Below, one piece after another: positions 49,793-57,678 of a stretch of 63,955 bases of DNA (the stretch's first letter is position 1; each line of letters starts with the position of its first letter). Position numbers and translations under genes: made by a program. Source of the stretch: an uncultured virus (IMG/VR IMGVR_UViG_3300032676_000987) (taxonomy: Duplodnaviria > Heunggongvirae > Uroviricota > Caudoviricetes); IMG/VR virus record IMGVR_UViG_3300032676_000987; one strand, 5' to 3'. The notes below the pieces were generated by a model. It was not told the origin of the DNA. It saw only the letters and a list, made by a program, of their open reading frames with translations, and did not search any database.

Positions 49793-50020
49793 TTAAAACA
49801 TGTGGAGACGAATGGCAGCACCGACGACATAGATGCCGAGCAAGGCACCGTTCACTGCAATCAGTGAAGATTCCTTCATTCGCAGTGCAGCGACAAGCCA
49901 AAACACAGAACCCAAATTCAGCAACACTACATTGAGCGGATCCAACTTAAATGCAGTAGCCATTGCTCCTGCAATAGTAAATCCAGTGCCCAGCCACTTA
50001 AATACGGTTAGATTGATCAC
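49793..50020 (-). CDS. small 3-TM membrane protein
   Basis: KW.GT...I.GA...N..L...G...W; GTG start with GGAG SD. Confidence 0.65.
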   Translation of the reverse strand: MINLTVFKWLGTGFTIAGAMATAFKLDPLNVVLLNLGSVFWLVAALRMKESSLIAVNGALLGIYVVGAAIRLHMF

Positions 50021-50219
50021 GCAACATCTCCAAATATTTTTCTGCAGGATATAGAGGATATTCCCAATATCCATATTCATCTAACTTTCTATAACCGCAA
50101 GTGAGTGATTCACACACACCAGTGCTAAATTGTGGCCGTTCGCCAGCTTCCCAACGAACAAGGGCTCCGCATTCTTTGGTAAATTCTACCAGTTCATCCA
50201 TAAAAAACCCTCGTTCCAA
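49998..50219 (-). CDS. hypothetical protein
   Basis: Promoter upstream; STG.C..LT.GY..LD.YG.W motif. Confidence 0.6.
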   Translation of the reverse strand: MERGFFMDELVEFTKECGALVRWEAGERPQFSTGVCESLTCGYRKLDEYGYWEYPLYPAEKYLEMLRDQSNRI

Positions 50220-50260
50220 TCTTACGTCAATATAAGATCAAAACGAGGGAAAGTCAATGA

Positions 50261-50845
50261 TTATCCGTAGAAAATCTGAGTACCTATTTGAGCAAGGCGT
50301 ATTAAGCGTGCCCAGTGAGGATGAACCACACTAGCATGAAAGTACAGGGCGTGCTCTATGCCCTTAACCCTCTTGCCATCAAGAGCCTGTTGGGCGACCT
50401 TCAAACAGTCTTCCCATGCAGCTCCTTTGGGCAATGACAACCTAGTCTTTTTATTACTAGCCCAATTGAATTGGTTTGGTGCTAGTACCACTCCGCAAAT
50501 GGAGTTGGCGAATTTAGGACTTTGAGTACGGTTTATAGTCACTTGAGCCACAGCTAGTTTGCCTACCTGAGTCTCATGCCCTGCTTCATAGTAAATATTC
50601 TTAGCTAGACACGTCAGTTCTCGATTAGTATAGTTAATTTTTTCTGCGGTGTCTACGATTGACAGGAATTTAGCACTGTCGTATGCGTCTTTTAGTAATT
50701 GTTCCGGACTAAGAGCGGGAACCGGATTAGTATTTGCGGCTTCTTGCGCATGTAGTTGCTGCCAAGAAAAAGAAATGCAAAGTGCGACAGCTAAAACTTT
50801 ACATAGTTTGGCCATTTTACTAGCCGTAGTTTGAGAAGTATACAT
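50261..50845 (-). CDS. SleB-like cell wall hydrolase (Hydrolase_2)
   Basis: Signal peptide; CLA.NIYYEA..E...GK.AVAQV..NR, ICGVV...QF.W and ALYFHA motifs. Confidence 0.9.
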   Translation of the reverse strand: MYTSQTTASKMAKLCKVLAVALCISFSWQQLHAQEAANTNPVPALSPEQLLKDAYDSAKFLSIVDTAEKINYTNRELTCLAKNIYYEAGHETQVGKLAVAQVTINRTQSPKFANSICGVVLAPNQFNWASNKKTRLSLPKGAAWEDCLKVAQQALDGKRVKGIEHALYFHASVVHPHWARLIRLAQIGTQIFYG

Positions 50846-50849
50846 AGTA

Positions 50850-51045
50850 TTTCCTTAATTGGGCCGCTATATACCACACCAACGATAGTCTGTTAGGTAT
50901 ATACAGTAGCACTTCCATCAGCCTTCCATAAATGGGATAACCGTATCTTGGATACGGGTTTTGCATCCCCTTACGTAGGGCCATTTGGCAATTAACTGAA
51001 ATATCAGTTAATCAGAGAATCTCCACAATAGAGACTCTCAGGCAC
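50850..51045 (-). promoter_or_regulatory. Highly structured ~200-nt leader of the SleB gene
   Basis: Consecutive hairpins GAGAGTCTC/GAGATTCTC, ATTAACTGA/TCAGTTAAT, CCGTATC/GATACGG and TATATACC/GGTATATA. Confidence 0.55.
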
Positions 51046-51066
51046 TTCACTATACAAATCAAAAGT

Positions 51067-51234
51067 TTAGTAACGGTTTAGGTCACATTCCTTTTTAGGA
51101 TGCTTAGCTTTGCGCGTGTAGCGAGTATTAGGTTCGATTACTTTGTTCTTGAAGGGAGTATCGCCGAACAAAATGAGTCCGGCGGCACGTGCCTTCAAGC
51201 GTTTCGGTTCAAACTTAATAATTTCTCGTTTCAT
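51067..51234 (-). CDS. 55-aa basic protein, ArfA-like (not in ORF track)
   Basis: ...LFGDTPFKNKVIEPNTRYTRKAKH...; starts just after TTGACA-N17-TATAGT (leaderless). Confidence 0.6.
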   Translation of the reverse strand: MKREIIKFEPKRLKARAAGLILFGDTPFKNKVIEPNTRYTRKAKHPKKECDLNRY

Positions 51235-51353
51235 GTTCTAACTATACATCCAACTTGATATAGTGTCAAGCCTTTTGTGTTTCGGCTTTCTCAAGGCCTA
51301 CACAGTAGTATTTAGTACGAGGGTGTAGTTTAAAAACACTTATACTTTTTAAG

Positions 51354-51659
51354 TCAGTCTACAGCATATTCGATTCTATAAACCGAACGATAGGTGAAGC
51401 TTCTCCAACCATTAGCTTGCACATCATAGACTGCAATCGAGGTGTCAGACCTCTTGCGCGGTTCCTTATTCTCCTTAATCTCTTGAGGAGGAAGGAGATC
51501 AGTTTGAAGCGTGCAATGCATCAATCGCTCGCTACCATCCTTTTTAGTAAACTTTACTGTAACCAGCTTATTATGAAGTAGTTCCTTGATAGAACTTTCA
51601 AATACATTCCAATCAGAATCAGTCCAATCAGATTCTGGCTCAACGACTGCGATAGACAT
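51354..51659 (-). CDS. WYL_2/Sm-like SH3 domain protein
   Basis: V.FTKKDGSER.M.CTL...VYD....GWRSF. Confidence 0.8.
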   Translation of the reverse strand: MSIAVVEPESDWTDSDWNVFESSIKELLHNKLVTVKFTKKDGSERLMHCTLQTDLLPPQEIKENKEPRKRSDTSIAVYDVQANGWRSFTYRSVYRIEYAVD

Positions 51660-51672
51660 TTGTTTTCCTTTA

Positions 51673-51900
51673 TTAGTTCTTAAGTAGATACATGACCAGA
51701 TCGGGTCCGTCAAGCTTTACTGTGTCACTAGCATATTTATTGACGTTCCATGTGCGTTTTAGCCCGCTAACTCTAACCATTTTGGGGTTAAGTTTGTCAA
51801 CCGTGCCGAGTCTTAGACTATTGCCATCAGGGTAGGCGATATAATCACCGACTGCCAATTGTCTACCTAGAAGATCATAATGTTTAGGTAGTTCCGCCAT
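51673..51900 (-). CDS. small SH3-like protein (paralog of next)
   Basis: D.LGR.L.VGD...KLNPK.VR...DGPDL.MYLLK. Confidence 0.7.
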   Translation of the reverse strand: MAELPKHYDLLGRQLAVGDYIAYPDGNSLRLGTVDKLNPKMVRVSGLKRTWNVNKYASDTVKLDGPDLVMYLLKN

Positions 51901-51903
51901 TTA

Positions 51904-52161
51904 TTACTTCTTCAACAAATACATAGTTAGATCGGGTCCATCGACCTTGACGACTTCTTTATATGGCCGATTGGCTTCTTCACTGCTGGGCTGATATTGT
52001 GCCCATGGCGTTCCATCGTATCGGTCATCTCTGTAGACAATTCTAACGGTTTTTGGATTAAGCTTGATAACTCTACCCAATGCCAAATTCTTAGTAGATC
52101 CGGGCGCGATAAAAATCACACTGTCATTTACTTTAAGATTCCTAAGGAGAAAGTCTTCCAT
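51904..52161 (-). CDS. small SH3-like protein (paralog of previous)
   Basis: KLNPKTVR...VKVDGPDLTMYLLKK. Confidence 0.7.
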   Translation of the reverse strand: MEDFLLRNLKVNDSVIFIAPGSTKNLALGRVIKLNPKTVRIVYRDDRYDGTPWAQYQPSSEEANRPYKEVVKVDGPDLTMYLLKK

Positions 52162-52164
52162 AGA

Positions 52165-52497
52165 TTAGCCTTTTGGTTCGATGGGTTTACGAAGACCAAG
52201 CGCCTTACGGTCCTTTTCTGACAGCTTATCCCATGCTGACTTCTTTAGTTCGTAAATTCTACGCTTTTCCTTTCGGTTATTTACTTTTGTCGCAGCAGCC
52301 TTAACTTCCTTTGACCACCATTCTCGGCACTCATCATCCCTAAGGAATAGAAAGGCGGCGTGCCCAGACTTAACCAAAGAAACCATAGACTTCATTGCGA
52401 CTCTGTGGTCCCTATTATAGCGGGTCTTAGCATCAGTAACCTTAAGAAGTTCATCATAGACTTCTTGAGTGATGTGTTCTTCGGATTCTTCGCTCAC
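52165..52497 (-). CDS. hypothetical protein
   Basis: Ends A..KLS...RKALGL. Confidence 0.7.
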   Translation of the reverse strand: MSEESEEHITQEVYDELLKVTDAKTRYNRDHRVAMKSMVSLVKSGHAAFLFLRDDECREWWSKEVKAAATKVNNRKEKRRIYELKKSAWDKLSEKDRKALGLRKPIEPKG

Positions 52498-52922
52498 CGA
52501 TAACTCCTTGTCCTTGCGTTAGTAACTTTCTTTACAGGAGCCCTCTTTTTGGCACCCTGCTCATTTAGACCAAATACAGCCAGTTCTTCGGGAGTTAACT
52601 TGGCTGCGATTTCTGTACGAGCAGCAACTTCGGCGGCGCGACGGCCGGCTTCTTTTTCAAGTCGGGCAGCATTCGCGGCCTTCGCCTTATCGATTGCTGC
52701 CTGTTCAGCTTTGTACTCTTTGTACAACTTTTTAAAAGAAGGGTTGCGCTTGATCAACTGATCCAAAGTGTCTCCGCGTTCAAGAGCCTTGACCGCTGCA
52801 TTGGCAATGTTTTGCATGTCTTTTAATTCCTCAGAATAGGGGTTACTCGTGATTGGATAGATGTTTTGAGTCCAGCTTTCCATCAAATCAAGGGAGGCAT
52901 AGTCCCAGTCATCGTCTTCCAT
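52494..52922 (-). CDS. hypothetical protein
   Basis: AKLTPEEL..FGL motif; AAGGAG SD. Confidence 0.7.
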   Translation of the reverse strand: MEDDDWDYASLDLMESWTQNIYPITSNPYSEELKDMQNIANAAVKALERGDTLDQLIKRNPSFKKLYKEYKAEQAAIDKAKAANAARLEKEAGRRAAEVAARTEIAAKLTPEELAVFGLNEQGAKKRAPVKKVTNARTRSYR

Positions 52923-52924
52923 AT

Positions 52925-53380
52925 CTACTCCTTTTGCAAGCGGGCCTGAATCTCAAGATAAAACATCTGATACTTTGCCATACGAGCAATGTCCTTTTCA
53001 GAAACGCCCTTAAGACGACGAATATCAGTGTTGTGCCGAAGATCAGCCATCTTCACTCTCATAGCATCCTTATTCGCAAAGACGCATTCTTTGTACTCAT
53101 CGTAGGTTTGGCCCGGAACCTTAGTAAGTGCGCGAATACCGTCGATGACACGTTCAGACATGCCTTGACTACGAAGGTCTTGGTATGTGACCGCAGTGTC
53201 TTCGATGACATCATGGCCAAGAGCAATGCATTGCAATTCTTCATCGTCCGTCTTGAGATAATGCATAACCTTCAAGGGGTGAAGAATATACGGTGCGCCG
53301 CCTTTGTCAAATTGACCTTGGTGAGCATTAGTAGCGATGACCAGCATCTTACCAAGCATTTCACCCTTCTTCAAAGTCAT
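52925..53380 (-). CDS. HD-domain (p)ppGpp hydrolase-like (small alarmone hydrolase)
   Basis: AH.GQ.DK.G.PYI.HP, HDVIEDT and VK.AD..HN motifs. Confidence 0.88.
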   Translation of the reverse strand: MTLKKGEMLGKMLVIATNAHQGQFDKGGAPYILHPLKVMHYLKTDDEELQCIALGHDVIEDTAVTYQDLRSQGMSERVIDGIRALTKVPGQTYDEYKECVFANKDAMRVKMADLRHNTDIRRLKGVSEKDIARMAKYQMFYLEIQARLQKE

Positions 53381-53428
53381 GACATTCTCCTTAACCATAA
53401 CTTACAATAGTACAGATTAAAGAGAATG

Positions 53429-53620
53429 TCAACTTGTTTCATCTATCCATTTGTTCCATACAGTATCAAACGAGTCATCTATGTTGAAACAAGTCGTCTC
53501 GTCAAATGTTTTTTGTTTGTCAAAAATAGGAATCAATTCCGCAAATAGTTCTTCTTTGATCGAAGGATTTCTAATAGTAGAAGAAATTGCCCAAATTATA
53601 TCAGAAAATAAGTCATCCAT
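53429..53620 (-). CDS. hypothetical protein
   Basis: Acidic 63 aa after a sigma70 promoter. Confidence 0.55.
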   Translation of the reverse strand: MDDLFSDIIWAISSTIRNPSIKEELFAELIPIFDKQKTFDETTCFNIDDSFDTVWNKWIDETS

Positions 53621-53664
53621 ACATTAATAATAATGGGTTTATTAGAAAAAGTCAAGAATAATGA

Positions 53665-53734
53665 TAAATAATGTTGCGGATCACGATGTTGGCGCATCTA
53701 CCCGCTCTAATGCTACGAAAGGAAACATCAGCAC
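53665..53734 (+). promoter_or_regulatory. Late promoter plus structured 5' leader of endonuclease
   Basis: TAAATA, then GCGG..GATG/CATC..CCGC-TCTAA-TGCT..AAGGA..AGCA-CATG. Confidence 0.6.
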
Positions 53735-54466
53735 ATGACTATTTATTTGTATAAGAAAACTCATAACAAAACAGGTCTACACTATTTAGGAAAAACTACA
53801 CAAAATCCATATAAATATCAAGGTTCCGGAACGTATTGGAAGGATCATATTAAAATACATGGAAAAGATATTACTACTGAAATTTTACGTGAATGTCAAA
53901 CACTTGAAGAAATAAAAGAATGGGGAATGTATTATAGTACATTATGGAACATAGTCGAAGATAAAGACGAATTCGGAAAGAAGACCTGGGCGAATTTAAA
54001 ACCAGAAGCCGGTGACGGATCAACTGTAACTACCAGGCACTGGAATGACGGAAATATTACAATATTTCGAGAAACGCCACCAGACGATTCATTTAAATTA
54101 GGTAGACTTCCGTTTAACAATTTCGGTAGTGTTATTGGAGCAAATATGCAGCGAGGCAAAATTTGGATACACAACGACCACACTGAAATGATGGTTGATC
54201 CCACATCTACTATTCCACCTGGGTTTGTGCTAGGACGGGATGGTAGCAGATGGTTCGGAAAACAACAGCCTGAAACCCACAAACAAAATGGAATTAAAAA
54301 TCATTGGAGTAAAAGGGGATATACGAGTTGGAATAAAGGAAAAAAATTAGGACCGAACAAAACAATGTGGATAAATAACGGTGAAACAAACTTAAAAATA
54401 AAAGTCGGATCACCGTTACCAATTGGGTTCAAGAAGGGTCGGTTGATGCACAATACTACTAAGTAG
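53735..54466 (+). CDS. Free-standing GIY-YIG (Seg-like) homing endonuclease, paralog of 33046-33708
   Basis: Identical start MTIYLYKKTHNKTGL; WANLKPE.GDG; PDDS...GRL.FNN.G..IG...QRGK.WI. Confidence 0.8.
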   Translation: MTIYLYKKTHNKTGLHYLGKTTQNPYKYQGSGTYWKDHIKIHGKDITTEILRECQTLEEIKEWGMYYSTLWNIVEDKDEFGKKTWANLKPEAGDGSTVTTRHWNDGNITIFRETPPDDSFKLGRLPFNNFGSVIGANMQRGKIWIHNDHTEMMVDPTSTIPPGFVLGRDGSRWFGKQQPETHKQNGIKNHWSKRGYTSWNKGKKLGPNKTMWINNGETNLKIKVGSPLPIGFKKGRLMHNTTK

Positions 54467-55073
54467 GTGATCCATTACCCCAACTGTTATTGGGTGGCAT
54501 ATAACCACAAGCTTCGTTTTGAGCTTGTATTCTAGCCTTCACCTCTTCAAAACTAATAGGGGCAAAGTTAGTGTGTTCCACTGATACACACAGATACCTA
54601 GGATCAACCTCTTTTTGTTCGACTCCTTGTTCAGTAACAATCGTTCGCGTGACGATATTGCTATGGGTATGTCCATGTACGTTACACTTGAACCGATCAC
54701 TGATGCAATCCGGATGCAGAGGAATATGCGAAAACACAAATTCATCCACAAAGACTCGGTAAGCCACAATTTTATCGAAGCCAACCTCATAGTACAGCTT
54801 GTCGTCAAAGATGTCGTGGTTACCACGAATCAGACGCTTGTGACCGTTCAGACGCTTGATGTGATGCAGAGACTTCTTGTTGATGACCACATCACCTAGG
54901 TGATACACCGTATCACTAGGGCTAACAATATTGTTCCAGCGTTCAACCATCGCTTCGTCCATTTCCTCAGTTGAGTTAAAAGGACGCAGAGGCGAACCAT
55001 CAGCCTTCTTAAACTTTTCCCATGAATTGGTATGACCAAAATGGGTATCAGAAACTACGAAACGATTAGACAT
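54459..55073 (-). CDS. Calcineurin-like metallophosphoesterase
   Basis: SDTHFGH, HLGD, GNHD, SH.P and HGHTH motifs. Confidence 0.92.
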   Translation of the reverse strand: MSNRFVVSDTHFGHTNSWEKFKKADGSPLRPFNSTEEMDEAMVERWNNIVSPSDTVYHLGDVVINKKSLHHIKRLNGHKRLIRGNHDIFDDKLYYEVGFDKIVAYRVFVDEFVFSHIPLHPDCISDRFKCNVHGHTHSNIVTRTIVTEQGVEQKEVDPRYLCVSVEHTNFAPISFEEVKARIQAQNEACGYMPPNNSWGNGSPT

Positions 55074-55137
55074 AACTCTTCCTATTGCTATACATGTTCC
55101 TATTATACGCAGTTATAGGAACATGTCAACCCAATAA

Positions 55138-55587
55138 CTACTCTTTTAAAATCTCTATAACGCGATATTTTTCTACTAAATCGTCATACACATCATACGA
55201 CACTGCTGCTAATTCAGGGTATTTTCGATTTAACACATGGTCTGTCTTGTTAATTTTATAGCTAAAAACATAGCGTTCATCTAAGTGTGGTTCAATTCCC
55301 TGTGCAATCGCATCTTGATAAGGAATAGTCTTAGGGTATGCAGCGGCTTCGTGCTCAAACTTATACGATGTTATCAACGATACCACTCTACCATCACCAT
55401 TGCAGTTTACACAAGTTTTTCTAAAAGTTTTATAGTCTCGTTTGTGATAATCTATCAGTTCTTCCGTTTCAAACGACCCGATACCATTACATTTGGTGCA
55501 AACTGAAACTTCATTCTTTTTTGTTAGTACAAGTCTAATAGAGTCTGGTGGTGTAACTTTTTCATTCATATTGCAATTATATGACAA
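55138..55587 (-). CDS. DnaJ-type CxxCxGxG zinc-finger protein
   Basis: CTKCNGIG and CVNCNGDG. Confidence 0.7.
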   Translation of the reverse strand: MSYNCNMNEKVTPPDSIRLVLTKKNEVSVCTKCNGIGSFETEELIDYHKRDYKTFRKTCVNCNGDGRVVSLITSYKFEHEAAAYPKTIPYQDAIAQGIEPHLDERYVFSYKINKTDHVLNRKYPELAAVSYDVYDDLVEKYRVIEILKE

Positions 55588-55629
55588 TTGAAATTAATAT
55601 TCAAGCAGTTTGGTTCTATAAATATTAGA

Positions 55630-56079
55630 ATGACTGACAAACTTATAACCATATCGTTCGATGAAATTTTACCAATCTGGCGAAACTATCTGTGGCCCGA
55701 TAGGATTTCGACAATCGAAACTAACAGTGCAATGTGCAGAACCGGCGGATATTTAGGTTCAAATATGGAAACACCTGCAACATTCTTCGCTTACATGATA
55801 GACGGAGAAATTGCAGGAGTCAACAGCGGTCACATGTGCAATGACAAAGAATATCGTTCTAGAGGATTATATGTATTTGAAAAGTTTCGGGGAAAGGGAA
55901 TAGGTGTTGTACTGCTGAATGCTACGATTGCACAGGGTAGATCAGAAAAGGCAGTACTATGTTGGAGTTATCCCAGAGATGTTAGTTGGAAGACCTATGC
56001 TAAGTCTGGGTTTAAGTTAACCAGCGATTTTAACCCAAGCGAGACTGGTAACAACGCATATTGCGTGTACTATTATTAG
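55630..56079 (+). CDS. GNAT acetyltransferase (intact paralog of 5587-6156)
   Basis: ILPIW...LWPDR, VNSGH, RSRGLYV...FRGKGIG and WSYPR...Y...GF; TATAAATA upstream. Confidence 0.85.
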   Translation: MTDKLITISFDEILPIWRNYLWPDRISTIETNSAMCRTGGYLGSNMETPATFFAYMIDGEIAGVNSGHMCNDKEYRSRGLYVFEKFRGKGIGVVLLNATIAQGRSEKAVLCWSYPRDVSWKTYAKSGFKLTSDFNPSETGNNAYCVYYY

Positions 56080-56564
56080 TACCAATTACCTTCAGTGCGC
56101 ATACGTCTAATAAACGTAGGATATGTGCTACAGATTCCATAGCAATTTAGCTTGACTGTACTCAACAGCCCTCTGTCATTTATTTCAGGAAGAACGACGA
56201 TACTAGAGTTATTTACGGGTACTGTTCCGAAGGTCCACAGTTGACCGCCGCTAGTGGTAACGTACGGTGGAGGATGGGTTATGTCATACCAAAAATAATT
56301 AGGATATGATTTGATCGGCTGTGTAGAAATCCATTCTTGCATTTCGACGTTTCTAGCATTGATCCAAAAACGATTACCCTTCAGATAATCAGGTGTAACT
56401 TCTGTGAGCGGTTGGTCCGTACCTAAATACAAAATACCGTTAACTCTCCAAACATCCACTGATACCGAATATCCATGGTTAAACGCCAAACCGATTTGGT
56501 TTGGTGTGTTGGCTTGATCATAATTTTGACCGTTAAAGATTCCCTGATAAGCGATTAATAACAT
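56076..56564 (-). CDS. GDPD/PLC-like phosphodiesterase fold, catalytically degenerate
   Basis: IAYQG...ANT...GYSVSVDVW in place of IAHRG...EN...VE.DV; GICS at the C-terminus. Confidence 0.55.
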   Translation of the reverse strand: MLLIAYQGIFNGQNYDQANTPNQIGLAFNHGYSVSVDVWRVNGILYLGTDQPLTEVTPDYLKGNRFWINARNVEMQEWISTQPIKSYPNYFWYDITHPPPYVTTSGGQLWTFGTVPVNNSSIVVLPEINDRGLLSTVKLNCYGICSTYPTFIRRMRTEGNWY

Positions 56565-56581
56565 CTAGTATTTATGAAAAG

Positions 56582-56656
56582 TGGAGCTTCCAATCGGGAT
56601 CGAACCGATTTCCACGCGTTGGCAACGCATTGTAATGACCATTATACTATGGAAGC
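56582..56656 (-). tRNA. tRNA-Gly(GCC)
   Basis: GCTTCCA acceptor, ATGCG-TTGCCAA-CGCGT, GGTTCGATCCC, encoded CCA. Confidence 0.92.
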
Positions 56657-56660
56657 ATAT

Positions 56661-56735
56661 TGGAGCGGGTGGCCGGCAACGCTCCGGTCCTCTCTAGCTT
56701 GGAAGGCTAGGGCACATCTCCTATACCACACCCGC
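56661..56735 (-). tRNA. tRNA-Gly(TCC), atypical T-loop
   Basis: GCGGGTG acceptor, CTAGC-CTTCCAA-GCTAG, T-loop AGCGTTG, CCA. Confidence 0.85.
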
Positions 56736-56852
56736 ATAAATCTTCGAAAGTTCCCAGTCAAGTACAGGTCACTTACAACCCTCTATCCTAATAGGACCGA
56801 TACAGCAGTACCGGGCTCCACCAATTGTTTTTTACAGAAACAAGAAACTGAA

Positions 56853-56932
56853 TGGATGCGGGAGGCTGGATTTGAACCACCGATTTCCAGTTTATGAGAC
56901 TGGCGAGAACGACCGGACTTCTCTACCCCGCG
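56853..56932 (-). tRNA. tRNA-Met(CAT), initiator-like acceptor
   Basis: CGCGGGG with C1:A72 mismatch, CCAGT-CTCATAA-ACTGG, GGTTCAAATCC, CCA. Lacks the three anticodon-stem G-C pairs. Confidence 0.88.
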
Positions 56933-57055
56933 ACATTAAACTATTTAGAAGAACACACTTTCTTAATCTCAACGTCACCGGCCGATCAATGATCACCGTT
57001 TTTAGTTTTTTCGTAAGTGTGTTCATCAAAATAGTCTAATATTATTTATCTTTTG

Positions 57056-57470
57056 TACAGCCTGAGATTACAGCTTTAAACGAACGTCTTTGGTCATTAC
57101 CGAATCCCTTGCGGGATACTCAATGTTTCTTTGCGGGTCCGGCTCCTTATGAAACCTTCTTCGCTCGAAATGCTATCTTGCCTTTCCTTGCAGGGTCAGA
57201 CTCAATAACTACACGTTAACTTTCATCGTTCGTTAGTTTGGCTGCATGTCATGAGGGCGCCAACCCTCTTATCACTCACCGACTGGCTCTGTGACACATC
57301 CTTTCGGACAACACACCTAACTTATCGACTACCGCCTTTCTAGGGACGGATCCTTTCGGATTAGTTCGTGCTTGCATAGAGAGACCATTGGTGGCGCAAG
57401 TTTATAGGAAACCTTGCTTTAACCTCAATTGCTCAAGGCTATCTCATTATCGGGGCTATGCCCCCAATTC
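57056..57470 (-). ncRNA. Large ornate structured ncRNA (GOLLD/ROOL-like), tRNA-linked
   Basis: No credible ORF; many GNRA hairpins (CCCGCAAGGG, TCCGAAAGGA x2, CCTTGAGCAATTGAGG), GAGGGTTGGCGCCCTC; ends GCTGTAATCTCAGGC. Confidence 0.65.
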
Positions 57471-57479
57471 TTATTCTAA

Positions 57480-57650
57480 ATTGTCAAAGATCGCTGATTT
57501 CTCAGCTTATATTTCATTATATCAAAGACGCTAACGAATGTCAACACCTTTTTATAGTTTTTAAATTTTTTATTGAGAACCTGTTGAAACATTTGTTTCT
57601 CTGCGCTCTCTCGATTTTGTTAGTATACTTATATGCTAGACCAAAGTCAA
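57480..57650 (-). promoter_or_regulatory. Tandem sigma70 promoters plus boxA-like site
   Basis: TTGACT-N17-TATACT (57650-57622), TTGACA-N17-TATAAT (57544-57516), GATCTTTGACAAT (57492-57480). Confidence 0.75.
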
Positions 57651-57678
57651 TAACTTTTTTCAGTTATTTTAAAAAATA

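Noticed and set aside
50850..51045. c-di-AMP (ydaO) riboswitch call
   Set aside because: The context fits, but the conserved ydaO sequence elements were not found; kept only as an unassigned structured leader.
56574..56897. 107-aa ORF on + strand
   Set aside because: Antisense to three tRNA genes.
57056..57470. tmRNA or RNase P RNA
   Set aside because: No tRNA-like acceptor/T-arm with CCA end or tag frame, and no RNase P P4 consensus.
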